Source of the DNA: an uncultured delta proteobacterium | GTDB taxonomy: Bacteria; Myxococcota_A; Polyangia; Fen-1088 | Direction: 5' to 3' | DNA: 64,000 bases | Assembly (NCBI GenBank): GCA_963824555.1 | Contig: CAWGPW010000025.1 | Span: 30,469-94,468, forward strand | Shown here: positions 63,897 through 64,000 of the stretch, piece by piece | Numbering within the stretch: position 1 is the first letter of the stretch | How the letters are laid out: each line of letters starts with the position of its first letter | Made by a program: the position numbers and the translations under genes | The notes under the pieces: generated by a model | Databases searched by the model: none | What the model saw: only the letters and a program-made list of their open reading frames with translations | Told to the model about the DNA's origin: nothing

Positions 63897-63925
63897 CAGC
63901 CCCGAGCCTACGAAAAACCGAATAA

Positions 63926-64000
63926 GACCCTATCGTCTAGTCCGGCCCAGGACAATGGCCCTTCAAGCCATGAACACGGGTTCGAATCCCGTTGGGGTCG
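63926..64000 (+). tRNA. tRNA-Glu(TTC), with C33 as sequenced
   Basis: GACCCTA/TGGGGTC acceptor, ATGGC-CCTTCAA-GCCAT anticodon arm, GGGTTCGAATCCC T arm; ends at the window edge. Confidence 0.9.

Overview
High-GC bacterial chromosomal segment that reads as Myxococcota (Polyangia-like). The basis is the many Gly/Ser/Thr-linker lipoproteins, a Hanks kinase, a PilZ protein, an ECF module and a MYXO-CTERM-like motif; this assignment is inferred, not searched. About 50 protein genes are supported. Housekeeping genes: ptsP, rmuC, metF, parC/parE-like topoisomerase pair, ettA, etfBA, truA, plsC, pssA, zapA, tRNA-Lys and tRNA-Glu. Surface/accessory genes: WD40 and vWA lipoproteins, three glycoside hydrolases, a serpin, an ECF cassette and peptidoglycan enzymes. 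No CRISPR array, prophage or transposase was found. At least seven, probably eight, small indels interrupt otherwise intact genes, most likely long-read assembly errors. The most interesting observations are: (1) a probable polyprotein (secreted Cys-rich/FN3 domain + internal MYXO-CTERM-like anchor + second signal peptide + outer-membrane beta-barrel) at 56.5-58.6 kb; (2) a mevalonate-kinase-family domain fused to a TM helix and exported tail, arranged like a receptor kinase, at 12.7-14.3 kb; (3) a modular TIR-bounded REP/MITE-like family in four forms; (4) a ~180-nt rod-like ncRNA candidate (6S-like); (5) two further non-coding repeat families.
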